Of a stretch of DNA of 64,000 nucleotides, positions 51,024 to 61,953 are shown one piece after another; within the stretch, counting starts at the first letter, position 1, and each line of letters begins with the position of its first letter. The notes beneath the pieces were generated by a model, which worked only from the letters and a program-made list of their open reading frames with translations, searched no databases and was not told where the DNA came from. Position numbers and translations under genes: made by a program. This DNA comes from Nitrospirota bacterium. GTDB taxonomy: Bacteria > Nitrospirota > UBA9217. The stretch is from positions 1,376,001 through 1,440,000 of the forward strand of contig OY760142.1 in NCBI GenBank assembly GCA_963663225.1, given 5' to 3'.

Positions 51024-51839
51024 ATGTCAAGGATAAAAAAAACGTTCAACAGACTTAAGAAGAAAGATAGTGCAGCGCTCATTACCTATATCATGGCGGG
51101 CGACCCTGATCTTGCCGCCACCAAGGCGCTCATTCTTGAGATGGAAAAAGCGGGCAGCGATATCATCGAACTTGGCGCGCCGTTTTCCGATCCGCTCGCG
51201 GACGGGCCCACGATTCAGAAGGCGGCCATCCGGTCGCTCACGAACCGCACAAGCATCGCCGACGTGCTGGGTTTGGTGGCCGAAGTCCGGAAAACGAGCT
51301 CCGTTCCGCTTATTCTCATGACGTATTATAATCTGATCTTCAAATACGGTGAAAAACGTTTTGTGAACGATGCCGTGTCCGCGGGCCTCGACGGCATTAT
51401 TTTGCCTGATTTGCCGCCGGAAGAAGCGGCTACGCTGATTTCCCTGACTAAAAAATCCGGACTGGATATGATTTTTTTGCTGGCACCTACGAGCACGGCC
51501 GAACGGATAAAGCTGGTAAGCAGGCTGTCGCAAGGATTCATCTATTATGTTTCTCTGACCGGAGTGACCGGGGCAAAATCCGAGCTCCAGAATTCCATCA
51601 AAGATTCACTGGAGAAGATCAAGGCGGTGACTGAAAAACCCGTGGCCGTCGGTTTCGGCATTTCCACCCCGGATCAGGCGGCGCAGGTCGCATGCTGGGG
51701 CGCGGACGGGGTGATTGTCGGCAGCGCACTCGTGAAGATTATTGAGGAACACGGGAGCACTGCGGACCTTGTTGCTTCGGTTGCAGCTTCGGTAAAAGCC
51801 CTGAAACAGGGCGTGGTTGCCGGCCGCGGCGAGCGCTAA
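51024..51839 (+). CDS. trpA: Tryptophan synthase alpha subunit
   Basis: ELGAPFSDPLADGPTIQ, GVTG, GVIVGSA. Confidence 0.95.
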   Translation: MSRIKKTFNRLKKKDSAALITYIMAGDPDLAATKALILEMEKAGSDIIELGAPFSDPLADGPTIQKAAIRSLTNRTSIADVLGLVAEVRKTSSVPLILMTYYNLIFKYGEKRFVNDAVSAGLDGIILPDLPPEEAATLISLTKKSGLDMIFLLAPTSTAERIKLVSRLSQGFIYYVSLTGVTGAKSELQNSIKDSLEKIKAVTEKPVAVGFGISTPDQAAQVACWGADGVIVGSALVKIIEEHGSTADLVASVAASVKALKQGVVAGRGER

Positions 51840-51940
51840 TGCAGCACGTGCAATCGTAGAATCATTTCATCTTCGCGGTGAAGGCTGCCGCTTTCTGTTC
51901 AAGTTAAAAAGTAGTGCGTTGATGCCAAGGAGGGCGATCC

Positions 51941-52585
51941 ATGAGCGATGTTCAGACGCAGCTGTTCTCGAGGTTTGGAAAAAAGTTTCCGGCCAACACA
52001 GTGCTTTTCCACGAAGGGGACCGTGGCGAGGACATGTACATTATCCAGTCCGGAAAGGTCAAGATCAGCAAGCGCATCCGCGGAGTGGAAAAAACGCTTG
52101 CCACCCTGGAAAAAGGGGAGTTTCTGGGCGAAATGGCCATTTTGAACGACAAGCCCCGTTCAGCGACCGCGGAGACGATCGAGGATTGTGATATGCTTGT
52201 GATCGACCGGAAAACGTTTGATTCCCTGATCCGCGGCAATGCGGAGATTGCGATGCGGTTTATCAAAAAACTTGCCGACCGGCTCCGTGAAGCCAATGAG
52301 CAGATGGAAGCCCTGATGATAAAAGACAACACCAGCCGGCTGATGAGCATTCTTGCACGGTCGGTGCGGGAACACAAAAAAGCAGGCGAGTATGGCATAA
52401 CAATTGAGGAACTCGCGGGACTTGCCGGAATCGATGCTTCGCATGCACGGTCAATCCTGGAAAAACTGGCGAGCGTCAGGATTCTCGAAGTGTCCGGCGA
52501 CAGGGTCCTGATAAAAAATCAGGAACAGGTGGACAGGCTCCTGCGCTATCTTGAGATGCGGGAAATTTTCGGGGAAATGTCATAA
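51941..52585 (+). CDS. Crp/Fnr family cNMP-binding regulator
   Basis: LFHEGD, GEMAIL..KPRSATA, C-terminal HTH. Confidence 0.9.
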   Translation: MSDVQTQLFSRFGKKFPANTVLFHEGDRGEDMYIIQSGKVKISKRIRGVEKTLATLEKGEFLGEMAILNDKPRSATAETIEDCDMLVIDRKTFDSLIRGNAEIAMRFIKKLADRLREANEQMEALMIKDNTSRLMSILARSVREHKKAGEYGITIEELAGLAGIDASHARSILEKLASVRILEVSGDRVLIKNQEQVDRLLRYLEMREIFGEMS

Positions 52586-52622
52586 CGGCTGAATGATCAG
52601 TCAACTCACGCTGGAGTAACAT

Positions 52623-54521
52623 ATGAAACTGAACACGGGGAAAAAAGCAGGCGTTGTTATTGCGGTGATTGTGGCTCTTACGCTGTCAATCATGAATCAA
52701 GGCGCGGTGCGATTCTTTGAAGTGCTCGAAGAAAAAACCCTGGACATGCGGTTTCAGTTCAGGGGCAAAATCAACCCCGGACCGGAAACGGTGATCGCGG
52801 CAATCGATGAGAAAAGCATCAAGGAACTGGGACGTTTTCCGTGGCCGCGCTCGGTATGGGGCCGCGTGGTGGACCGCCTGACAGAAGACGGAGCAAAGGT
52901 CATCGTATTTGACGTGTTCTTTACGGAAACGGAGAACGTGGAATCCGATGACTTGTTTCAGCAATCCATCAGGAGAAGCGGGCGCGTGGTTTTGCCTGTG
53001 GTCTTTGATCTGATCGGAAAATACAAGGAAACCGGTTTTACGGACAAGAAACTGGATTTTATGGCCCCTTCCGCGTACAGAGTCATAAAGAACAACGATG
53101 CGCCGTTCAGCCCCATCTCGGCAACCATGGTTCTTCCCACCTTGGTCAGATTTTCCGCATTTGCCAAATCGATCGCTCACATTAATATGATTTCCGACCG
53201 GGACGGCACGCTGCGGTGGGAGATGCTGGCCATTGATTATCAAGGCGAGTATTATGCGCCCATCGGCATTCAGGCCGCCCGGATTTACCTTGATTTAAAG
53301 CCGGAAGAGCTTTCGCTGGATTATTCCGGGGCCGTCCGGCTCGGGAACATCGCGATACCAACGGACGAATACGGCCGCATGCTGATTAATTATCGCGGTC
53401 CGAACAACACATTTCCGATGTATGCAGTCTCCGATATCCTTGACCGCAAAACGCCGCCCGGAACCTTCAAGGACAAAATAGTTCTCATTGGTGCGACTGC
53501 TCTCGGGATCTACGATCTTCGGGTGACGCCGTTTTCCACCCACATGGCGGGGATTGAAAAGCATGCGAGTGTGGTAGACAACATACTGCGCAGGGATTTC
53601 ATCCGGCAAAGCGAGACAGCCGTCATCGTGCTCATTTTTCTCTTCGCACTCGTGCTCGGCATAGCCCTGCCCCGCCTCGGCGCCGGGGCGGGTGTCGCGC
53701 TGTTTCTTTGCCTGTTCATCGGATACTTGGGATTTGTTTACTATCTGTTCGCAGTGCAAGGGATATGGTTCAATCTTGTGTATCCGGCATCTGCGATTTT
53801 GTTTGGATACACGAGCCTGACTGCATACCGGTTCTTCACCGAGGAGCGCCGCGCACGCGAGATCCGGGCCATGTTTTCGAGTTATGTGTCGAAGCGAATC
53901 GTGGATGAACTCATCCGAGACCCGAGCAAAGCAAAACTCGGCGGCGATCGAAAAGAGATCACCGTGCTGTTTTCAGACATCCGGGGCTTCACCACGTTCT
54001 CCGAGCAGCACCAGCCAGAAGAAGTGGTTTCTTTGCTGAATGAATATCTGGGCGCCATGACCAATATTGTGTTTGAACATGAAGGCACGCTGGACAAATT
54101 CATCGGCGATGCCATTATGGCACTCTGGGGCGCTCCTGTCGGGCAGCCCGACCATGCGGAACGCGCGTGCCGGTGCGCCCTTGCCATGATTGAGAAACTG
54201 AAGGAACTGCAGAAAAAATGGGCGAATGAAGGCAAATATGTGATTGACATCGGGATTGGAATCAACACCGGCGGCATGGTGGTCGGCAACATGGGAGCCG
54301 AAGGCAAGAAAATGGACTACACCGTGATCGGGGACAATGTGAACCTCGGCGCCCGCCTGGAAAGCTTGACAAGGCAATATAATAGTCATATCATCATTTC
54401 CGAATCCACCTATGCACAGGTCAAGAACATCGTTGAAGCACAGGAACTGGGCTCGGTAACCGTCAAAGGCAAACAGCGGCCGGTCGTGATTTATAATCTG
54501 CTCGGCCTCAAAAAGCAGTAA
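52623..54521 (+). CDS. CHASE2-domain class III adenylate cyclase
   Basis: GRFPWPR, FSDIRGFT, DKFIGDAIM (Lys), DYTVIGDNVNLGARLE. Confidence 0.92.
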   Translation: MKLNTGKKAGVVIAVIVALTLSIMNQGAVRFFEVLEEKTLDMRFQFRGKINPGPETVIAAIDEKSIKELGRFPWPRSVWGRVVDRLTEDGAKVIVFDVFFTETENVESDDLFQQSIRRSGRVVLPVVFDLIGKYKETGFTDKKLDFMAPSAYRVIKNNDAPFSPISATMVLPTLVRFSAFAKSIAHINMISDRDGTLRWEMLAIDYQGEYYAPIGIQAARIYLDLKPEELSLDYSGAVRLGNIAIPTDEYGRMLINYRGPNNTFPMYAVSDILDRKTPPGTFKDKIVLIGATALGIYDLRVTPFSTHMAGIEKHASVVDNILRRDFIRQSETAVIVLIFLFALVLGIALPRLGAGAGVALFLCLFIGYLGFVYYLFAVQGIWFNLVYPASAILFGYTSLTAYRFFTEERRAREIRAMFSSYVSKRIVDELIRDPSKAKLGGDRKEITVLFSDIRGFTTFSEQHQPEEVVSLLNEYLGAMTNIVFEHEGTLDKFIGDAIMALWGAPVGQPDHAERACRCALAMIEKLKELQKKWANEGKYVIDIGIGINTGGMVVGNMGAEGKKMDYTVIGDNVNLGARLESLTRQYNSHIIISESTYAQVKNIVEAQELGSVTVKGKQRPVVIYNLLGLKKQ

Positions 54522-54594
54522 AAGATGCACCGGGTAATTGCACTTGTTTTTTTGGAAAGATGCATGCGATGTCTATGAAAACGAAGGAGGGTGA

Positions 54595-55371
54595 ATGAAG
54601 GTAAAAGTTCTGGGGTGCTCTGGCTCTGAGGCTGTCGGCCACAATCCACCCGGCTTTCTGGTGAATGACGTAATGATGCTGGACGCAGGCACGATTACCG
54701 GCGCGCTGAGCATTGATGCTCAGGCAAAAATAACCGATGTCCTCATCAGCCATACTCACCTTGATCATATTAAATCCCTCCTTTTTCTGGCGGACAATAT
54801 TATCGGACATATCGAAAAATCCGTGCAGGTAAGGGCCATACCGGAGGTAATAGAGGCTATTCAGAAACATCTTATGAACAACATCATCTGGCCTGACTTC
54901 ACCAGGATCCCCCTGGTAAAAAATCCAAAAAACGGGGTGCTGGCCTACGCCCCGATGCCGGTGGGTGAAGCGGTTCCCGTTGCCGGTCTGCGCGTGAAGG
55001 CAATTCCCATGAATCATCCTGTTCCTGCAGTCGGCTTCCTCGTATCTGACGGCACAACGTCTTTCCTGTACAGCGCGGACACAGGCCCGAACGAAGGACT
55101 CTGGAAAGAGGCCGCCCATGCGAAAAACCTGTCTTCAATTATTGTCGATACGTCGTTTCCGAACAGCCTCGACGGCATTGCGAATGCAAGCGGCCATTTC
55201 ACGCCGGCGCAGCTGCACCGCGACCTCAGCGATGCGCAGGTTGCCCTGAACGTTCCGATTTATATTTACCATATTAAGCCGGTATATCAGAAAAAAGTGA
55301 TCAGCGACCTGCGTGCACTCGGGCGGAAAAATGTAAAAATTTTGAGAGAGGGAAAAACCTATTCATTCTGA
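54595..55371 (+). CDS. Class II cyclic-nucleotide phosphodiesterase (MBL fold)
   Basis: SHTHLDHI, NNIIWPDF, SFPN, H..P. Confidence 0.85.
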   Translation: MKVKVLGCSGSEAVGHNPPGFLVNDVMMLDAGTITGALSIDAQAKITDVLISHTHLDHIKSLLFLADNIIGHIEKSVQVRAIPEVIEAIQKHLMNNIIWPDFTRIPLVKNPKNGVLAYAPMPVGEAVPVAGLRVKAIPMNHPVPAVGFLVSDGTTSFLYSADTGPNEGLWKEAAHAKNLSSIIVDTSFPNSLDGIANASGHFTPAQLHRDLSDAQVALNVPIYIYHIKPVYQKKVISDLRALGRKNVKILREGKTYSF

Positions 55372-55428
55372 TATATCGCCGGCAGTGTTTGCAGCGTGAT
55401 CGTTGGGAAGTGGTTTTAAAGGAGATTT

Positions 55429-56271
55429 ATGGCTTGGTTTAAGAAGGAAAAATCCGCAGATGCTTCACCGAAAACGCCTCCTAAAAAGGTAAAAATTCCG
55501 GAGGGGCTTTGGGTCAAGTGCGATAACTGCAAAGAAATTATTTACCGCAAAGAAGTGGAAAAAAACCTCAAGGTTTGTCCTAAATGCGACTATCATTTCC
55601 GGATCACCGCTTCTGAACGGCTTTTGTATCTTGTGGACGAGGGAAGTTTTCTGGAGGTTGAGGACGGATTGTCTCCCCGGGATTTTCTCGGGTTTAAAGA
55701 CTATAAAGACAAGTTGAAGAGCCATCGCAAAAAAACCGGACTAAAAGACGCCCTTATCTCCGGTGAGGGCAGGATCGGCGGAAGGCCCGTTTCCCTGGTT
55801 GTCATGGAGTTCACCTTTATGGGCGGGAGCATGGGCTCCGTGGTGGGAGAAAAAATCGTACGCGCGGTTGAGCGCTCCATCGAAAAGAAGATCCCCCTGA
55901 TAGCAGTGTCCTGCTCCGGCGGCGCGCGCATGCAGGAAGGAATCCTTTCGCTCATGCAGATGGCGAAAACCTCAGCGGCAATGGCCCGACTGAGCGAAGC
56001 AGGCCTGCCATTTATTTCCGTGCTTACTGATCCGACTTTCGGCGGGGTCACGGCCAGCTTTTCCATGCTCGGTGACATCATTATTGCGGAGCCCCGCAGC
56101 CTTATCGGATTTGCGGGACCCCGCGTGATAGAGCAGACAATCAAACAGCAGCTGCCTCCCGGGTTTCAGCGCGCTGAGTTTTTGCTTGAGCACGGGATGA
56201 TCGACATGATTGTACCCAGACGGGAATTGCATGCCACGCTGGGCAAGATCCTGGATTTCTTTGCAGCCTGA
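55429..56271 (+). CDS. accD: Acetyl-CoA carboxylase carboxyltransferase beta subunit
   Basis: Zn ribbon, [31 protein letters not shown]. Confidence 0.95.
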   Translation: MAWFKKEKSADASPKTPPKKVKIPEGLWVKCDNCKEIIYRKEVEKNLKVCPKCDYHFRITASERLLYLVDEGSFLEVEDGLSPRDFLGFKDYKDKLKSHRKKTGLKDALISGEGRIGGRPVSLVVMEFTFMGGSMGSVVGEKIVRAVERSIEKKIPLIAVSCSGGARMQEGILSLMQMAKTSAAMARLSEAGLPFISVLTDPTFGGVTASFSMLGDIIIAEPRSLIGFAGPRVIEQTIKQQLPPGFQRAEFLLEHGMIDMIVPRRELHATLGKILDFFAA

Positions 56272-56283
56272 TTTCCGCACGCA

Positions 56284-56502
56284 ATGGGTGATATCGCAAA
56301 GATTTTGATTATTCTGGGCATTGTTCTCCTTGCTGCCGGGCTTCTGCTGATTGGTTTTCAGAAGCTCCCTTTCTTAGGAAAGCTTCCCGGAGATATTTTT
56401 ATCAAACGGGAAAATTTTACGTTTTATTTTCCGCTGACTACTGGCATTTTCATCAGTATTATAATCAGCCTTATTCTGTATGTTCTAGGTAGATTTCGGT
56501 AG
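56284..56502 (+). CDS. DUF2905-like small membrane protein
   Basis: GKLPGDI..KRENFTFYFP. Confidence 0.8.
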   Translation: MGDIAKILIILGIVLLAAGLLLIGFQKLPFLGKLPGDIFIKRENFTFYFPLTTGIFISIIISLILYVLGRFR

Positions 56503-56619
56503 CCGGCAGTGCCCGGTGGTTACGACGCAACACTTCCCTATAATATATATCCACGGGCGGCACCGTAAGGACTTTTCGTTACTAGTGCGCATCGTCAATG
56601 GACGGAAATGAGGTATATC

Positions 56620-57522
56620 ATGGATCGCAGAAAATTTCTGAAATTTGCCGCGCTGGCAGGCGCAGGGCTCTCGTTCCCGCACGGGCTCGGCAAAATCGTC
56701 GGCGCAGGAGAGTTGTCAGCACAACCTGATCTTGTGGTTGCACACGGGTCCTCCCCTGAGAGAAATGTAAAAGCCGCTATTGATGCCATGGGCGGGATAC
56801 GAAAATTCATATCACGCGGCGACGTGGTCGTGATCAAACCGAACATCGGCTGGGACAGGACGCCGGAGCAGGCGGGATGCACCAATCCCGATGTTGTCGC
56901 AGCCATGGTGAAGCTCTGTCTTGAGGGCGGAGCAAAAAAAGTGAAGGTGTTCGACCGGTCGGTAAATGACCCGCGACGGTGTTATGTCCAGAGCGGCATT
57001 GCGCCCGCCGCCCGCGCCGCAGGCGCCGAAGTGAGCTACATCGATGAGCGTAAATTCAGGGATGTGGCGCTGAACGGGGACACGCTCAAGTCATGGCCGC
57101 TCTATACAGACATCCTTGAAGCGGACAAAGTGATCAACATCCCCATCGCGAAACACCACGGCCTCTCCAAGCTTACGTTGTCTCTGAAAAACTGGATGGG
57201 GATCATGGGCGGCCCGCGAAACCAGATTCACCAGAAGCTTGACGGAAGTCTGGTGGATATTGCCAGAAAAATCCGTCCGGCGCTCACGATGCTCGATGCA
57301 GTGCGGATTCTTACCGCCAACGGGCCCCAGGGAGGAAATCCCGCCGACGTGAAGAAGCTCGATACGATTATTGTCGGTCTGGATCAGGTCGCTGTCGATG
57401 CCTACGGTGCAACGCTGTTCGGAATGAAGGGAAGCGATCTCGGATATGTACGGATGGGCGACAAAATGGGGTTGGGAACGATGAATTTGCAAAAGCTGAA
57501 AATCCGGAAACTGTCGGCGTAG
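56620..57522 (+). CDS. Tat-exported DUF362 protein
   Basis: MDRRKFLK, VIKPNIGW, KHH...LKNWMG. Confidence 0.85.
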   Translation: MDRRKFLKFAALAGAGLSFPHGLGKIVGAGELSAQPDLVVAHGSSPERNVKAAIDAMGGIRKFISRGDVVVIKPNIGWDRTPEQAGCTNPDVVAAMVKLCLEGGAKKVKVFDRSVNDPRRCYVQSGIAPAARAAGAEVSYIDERKFRDVALNGDTLKSWPLYTDILEADKVINIPIAKHHGLSKLTLSLKNWMGIMGGPRNQIHQKLDGSLVDIARKIRPALTMLDAVRILTANGPQGGNPADVKKLDTIIVGLDQVAVDAYGATLFGMKGSDLGYVRMGDKMGLGTMNLQKLKIRKLSA

Positions 57523-57614
57523 CAAGACTGCGCAACATCTGATTCCGGCACCTGGTTCCTCAACCGGAGCTAAAACAAAGACTACATGACATCGTATCCG
57601 CCGAGAAAAAGCAT

Positions 57615-59171
57615 ATGAAATTTTTTACCATGCAAAATATCCGCCGCATAACGCAGGGGTTTTTTCTGCTTCTGTTTCTTTTTTTGTTTGTCCAGACCGA
57701 GTCAAAAGGAAACGACGACCTCGGATATCCCGTGCGGCTGTTCCTGGATTTTGATCCGTTGATCTTTTTCACGACGCTGCTGTCATCCCATGCCGTTGCT
57801 AAGGCGTTTGTGCTTTCCCTTATCACGGTCGTTCTTACCGTTTTTCTTGGAAGAGTTTTTTGCGGATGGGTCTGTCCTCTCGGCACTCTTCATAATCTGG
57901 TCGGATCGATTCGGCGGAAGCCGCCGGCAGGGATGTATGAACACTGGTTTCACGTAAAGTATTATATCCTCATTGCCACGCTTGCTTCTGCGCTGTTTAC
58001 ACTGCAACCGGTCGGCATCATGGACCCTCTCTCGCTGCTTATCCGGTCTTTTTCCGTGAGCATATTCCCACTGTTCAACTACACCATCCGCTCCATATTT
58101 GATACGATTTATTCGGCAAATCCCCTTGATGTCGCGGTTGCAACAGAGCCGCTCTATGCTGTGATGAAAAAAACCGTGCTTACCTTTGAGCAGTCATTTT
58201 ACAACCAGAGCGTGTTTATCGGTCTGCTCTTTGGGGCAATTCTCGCCTTAAACTTTGTTGAAAAACGGTTCTGGTGCAAGTACCTTTGTCCGCTTGGGGC
58301 GTTGCTTGGTATTGTATCCCGGTATTCGTTCCTGAAGCTGTCAGTGAGCGAAGGATGCACGTCATGCAGCGAGTGCGCAACCGTCTGTCAGGGAAACGCA
58401 CAGCCTCATGTGAAGGACCATTGGCGCAGCTCCGAGTGCCTGGTATGCAAAAACTGCGACGACATCTGCCCTCAGAACGCCGTAGGATCAGCACTTTCAA
58501 TACAACCGGCCGCCATGACGATTGACCTGAGCAGAAGGCGCATTCTTACTTCTGCGATAGCAGGTGTGGCGGCTGTTCCGCTTGTGCGCATAACACCCGG
58601 CATCAAAGCAGGGACCCAGGAGCCCGCCTTGCTCAGGCCTCCGGGAGCGATCGATGAAAAGGAATTCTTAAAGCGGTGCGTCAAATGCGGAGAGTGCATG
58701 AAAGTGTGTATTACGAACGGCCTGCAGCCGACGTTGTTCGAGGCAGGCGTAGAAGGCATCTGGACGCCGACGCTTGTGCCGAGGATCGGATACTGCGAGT
58801 ATCGGTGCACGCTGTGCGGGCAGGTCTGCCCGACAGATGCGATTAAAAAGCTTCCCCTGCAGGAAAAAATGAAGGTAAAAATCGGCCTGGCCATGATTGA
58901 TCCGGGCCGGTGTCTGCCCTGGGCGCATGCACGGCCCTGCATTGTCTGTGAAGAGGTATGTCCAACACCGAAAAAAGCGATCTGGTTTGAAGAAAAGCGG
59001 GTGCGTGACCGGACCGGAAAAATCGTGATTTTGAAACAGCCTCACGTGGACCTCGATCTTTGCATTGGATGCGGCATATGCGAAACGAAATGTCCTGTGC
59101 TCGGCAAGCCGGCGATCTATGTAATAAATGTGGGGGAAAGCCGATCGAAAGAAAATCAATTATTGTTGTAG
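57615..59171 (+). CDS. Membrane polyferredoxin (NapH/MauN-like + NapG/MauM-like fusion)
   Basis: FCGWVCPLG, WCKYLCPLG, LRPPGA, multiple CxxCxxC. Confidence 0.85.
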   Translation: MKFFTMQNIRRITQGFFLLLFLFLFVQTESKGNDDLGYPVRLFLDFDPLIFFTTLLSSHAVAKAFVLSLITVVLTVFLGRVFCGWVCPLGTLHNLVGSIRRKPPAGMYEHWFHVKYYILIATLASALFTLQPVGIMDPLSLLIRSFSVSIFPLFNYTIRSIFDTIYSANPLDVAVATEPLYAVMKKTVLTFEQSFYNQSVFIGLLFGAILALNFVEKRFWCKYLCPLGALLGIVSRYSFLKLSVSEGCTSCSECATVCQGNAQPHVKDHWRSSECLVCKNCDDICPQNAVGSALSIQPAAMTIDLSRRRILTSAIAGVAAVPLVRITPGIKAGTQEPALLRPPGAIDEKEFLKRCVKCGECMKVCITNGLQPTLFEAGVEGIWTPTLVPRIGYCEYRCTLCGQVCPTDAIKKLPLQEKMKVKIGLAMIDPGRCLPWAHARPCIVCEEVCPTPKKAIWFEEKRVRDRTGKIVILKQPHVDLDLCIGCGICETKCPVLGKPAIYVINVGESRSKENQLLL

Positions 59172-59205
59172 CCGCAGGTGCGCGCCGATCCCTGATAATC
59201 CGTCC

Positions 59206-60297
59206 TTATGAAACTGTGGTAAATCCCATCGCCTCCGCCAGCGTCTTGTTCATAATCCTGCCGCGGTAGGTATTCAATGCGGTTCTGATAATGGGGTCCC
59301 CCTGAACGGTTTTTTTTATGCCTGTTCTCGCAAGAGCCATAATATACGGGAGCGTTGCATTGGTAAGGGCGAGCGTTGAGGTATGCGGGTACGCACCGGG
59401 CATATTTGCAACGCAGTAATGGATGATGCCGTCGACTTCATACACCGGGTCGTCATGCGTTGTCGGTCTTGATGTTTCCGTGCACCCGCCCTGGTCTATT
59501 GAGACATCTACGATCACCGAGCCTTTTTTCATTGTCCGAAGCATCTGCCTGGCGATTAAAACAGGCGTTTTACCTCCCGGCACGAGTACGGCACCGACAA
59601 CAATATCAGCAGTCCGTATCTCCTCCGCGATAGTGCGTGCAGTCGCAGGCGCTGTCATAACCAGGCCCTGGAAGAGTTCATCGATTTTTTGGAGTCGTAT
59701 CAGGTCATTGTCCACGACCATGGTTTTCATGCCGAGGTTTGATGCCACGCGCGCAGCGTTTCTTCCTACGACGCCTCCTCCGAGGATCACCGCGGCCGCA
59801 GACTTTACGCCGCTTGCACCGGTGGCGAGAATGCCGGATCCCCCCTTGAATTTCTGCAGATAATAGGCTCCCATGAGCGGAGCCATCCTGCCTGCAATCT
59901 CGCTCATGGGCGCAAGCAGGGGCAAAGAATCGCCCTTGGTCAGCGTCTCGTATCCAAGAGCGGTCACTTTTTTCCTGAGAAGTTCCTCGGTCAGCTTCGG
60001 ATTCGGCGCGAGATGAAGATATGTAAAAAGACACTGTCCATTTCTCAGAAAGCCGTATTCCTCAGGGAGAGGTTCTTTTACTTTCACGATGAGTTCTGCC
60101 TGGCCAAAAAGCCTGCCTTTATCTACAATATAAGCGCCAGCTGTTCGGTATTCATCATCCAGGAACCCGCTGCCAGCGCCGGCATCGGCCTCGATGAGGA
60201 CGGTATGACCGGCATGTATCAGGTCTTGGACACCAAAAGGCGTTATTCCTACCCGGCATTCTTCCTGCTTGATCTCTTTTGGAGTTCCTATGATCAT
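59206..60297 (-). CDS. ald: Alanine dehydrogenase
   Basis: PKEIK, KVKEP, YLHLA, PMSEIAG, HYCVANMPG. Confidence 0.95.
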   Translation of the reverse strand: MIIGTPKEIKQEECRVGITPFGVQDLIHAGHTVLIEADAGAGSGFLDDEYRTAGAYIVDKGRLFGQAELIVKVKEPLPEEYGFLRNGQCLFTYLHLAPNPKLTEELLRKKVTALGYETLTKGDSLPLLAPMSEIAGRMAPLMGAYYLQKFKGGSGILATGASGVKSAAAVILGGGVVGRNAARVASNLGMKTMVVDNDLIRLQKIDELFQGLVMTAPATARTIAEEIRTADIVVGAVLVPGGKTPVLIARQMLRTMKKGSVIVDVSIDQGGCTETSRPTTHDDPVYEVDGIIHYCVANMPGAYPHTSTLALTNATLPYIMALARTGIKKTVQGDPIIRTALNTYRGRIMNKTLAEAMGFTTVS

Positions 60298-60516
60298 GTC
60301 TGTCGTCCTCCGCTTAAATAAAATTTATCATGCATTGTGCCGGAATTCAATCCCTGCGACAGGGAATTCCCCGACTCTCATCGCGCAAAATATAGTGAGT
60401 CGCGGACAGCCGCTCTGTAGACAGCGCCTTTCGGCCCCTGCCGTCATAAACAGATTGACAGAAAAAACAGTTTTGGGTAGTATGATCGGTCTGAATGAGA
60501 ATGCTGGAGGTATTTT

Positions 60517-61056
60517 ATGGCTGAAGAAAAAAAAGAACCATGGTTGAATTATCTTGCGCTTACCACGGTCGTGTTTGCCGTCTGCGCAACACTCGCAACG
60601 CTGAAGGGCGGGGGGTACTCAACAAAGGCTGTCATATCCCAGGCGCAGGCGTCTGATCAATGGGCATATTATCAGGCCAAAAGCATAAAGGGCTATGTTT
60701 ACGATCTGCAAAAGGAAAAATTCGAAGTGGATCTCAGGGCAATGAAAGCAGGAGCGGCCCCCGCACTGGCGGTGGATTACAAAAAAAGAATCGAAGGGTA
60801 TGGCCAGAAAATTAAAAAATATGATGAGGAAAAAGCGGAGATCATGAAAAAGGCGCACGAGCTTGAAGCGACCCGCGATGTGGCCCAGAAACATGCCGGT
60901 GCCTTTGGTCTGGCCGCCATGTTTCTCCAGATAGCAATTCTTCTATCGTCCATCGCGGCTCTGATGAAGCAGAAATATTTTTGGCTTATAGGAATGAGCT
61001 CCGGTGTCATTGGTCTTGTATATTTTTTTAATGGCTTCTTTTTGTTTCTTAAGTAG
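60517..61056 (+). CDS. DUF4337-like membrane protein
   Basis: ASDQWAYYQAKSIK, LQIAILLSSI. Confidence 0.8.
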   Translation: MAEEKKEPWLNYLALTTVVFAVCATLATLKGGGYSTKAVISQAQASDQWAYYQAKSIKGYVYDLQKEKFEVDLRAMKAGAAPALAVDYKKRIEGYGQKIKKYDEEKAEIMKKAHELEATRDVAQKHAGAFGLAAMFLQIAILLSSIAALMKQKYFWLIGMSSGVIGLVYFFNGFFLFLK

Positions 61057-61153
61057 CGAATGCTTGACAGCTGGTTCATGAACGTCAGAGTTCTCAACTT
61101 CAACGGTTGCTGTGCGAGACGAATTTTCTGAGCTCGGATATGAGGAAATTACC

Positions 61154-61894
61154 ATGAAACGATTCAAATGGCAGATTACGCTTGGTGTGTTGTTGATTGT
61201 TATGGCGGCCGCTATCTATGGGTTACAGATATTGATTTTTCACAACGCGCATGAAACCTTTTTTCTTATTTTCCAGGATCTCGCTTTTATGCCGGTCCAT
61301 TTTCTGATTATTACCCTTATCGTCGACCAGTTACTGAACGTGCGTGAAAAACGCGCCATGATGAACAAAATGAACATGGCGATCGGCGTGTTCTTCAGTG
61401 AAGTGGGTACGTATCTTCTGAAATCGATTTCCGGTTTTGATCAGAACATTGAAAAGATAAGAAATGACCTTCTGGTCACTCCCGAATGGACGGACCAGCG
61501 GTTTTCCACTACCATAAACAATCTCCACCAGTATAATTATCATATCAACTATGCAAAGAATGAAATGGTGTCGCTCAAGGACTTTTTGAGTGCAAAACGT
61601 GATTTTTTGCTGCGGGTCCTGGAAAATCCGAACCTCCTCGAACACGAAACGTTTACCGAACTGTTGTGGGCGGTTTTTCATTTAAGCGAGGAACTGGCTG
61701 TTCGACAAGACCTTTTGAACCTGCCGGAGGAAGATGAAAACCACCTTGCCGGAGACGTACGGCGTGCCTATATTGGCCTTATCACACAATGGCTTGCCTA
61801 CATGAGGCACCTGAAAAAAGAATACCCCTATCTTTTCTCACTCGCTTTGAGAATGAACCCGTTTGACCCGAACGCTTCCGTTACAGTAAAATAG
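61154..61894 (+). CDS. Conserved hypothetical membrane protein
   Basis: 2 TM; IGVFFSEVG, LENPNLLEHE, YPYLFSLA.R.NPF. Confidence 0.75.
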   Translation: MKRFKWQITLGVLLIVMAAAIYGLQILIFHNAHETFFLIFQDLAFMPVHFLIITLIVDQLLNVREKRAMMNKMNMAIGVFFSEVGTYLLKSISGFDQNIEKIRNDLLVTPEWTDQRFSTTINNLHQYNYHINYAKNEMVSLKDFLSAKRDFLLRVLENPNLLEHETFTELLWAVFHLSEELAVRQDLLNLPEEDENHLAGDVRRAYIGLITQWLAYMRHLKKEYPYLFSLALRMNPFDPNASVTVK

Positions 61895-61953
61895 TTACTG
61901 CATCCGTCGCGGGAACAGCCTGTCCAAAGCATTATCCTCAGGAGGAGAATATA

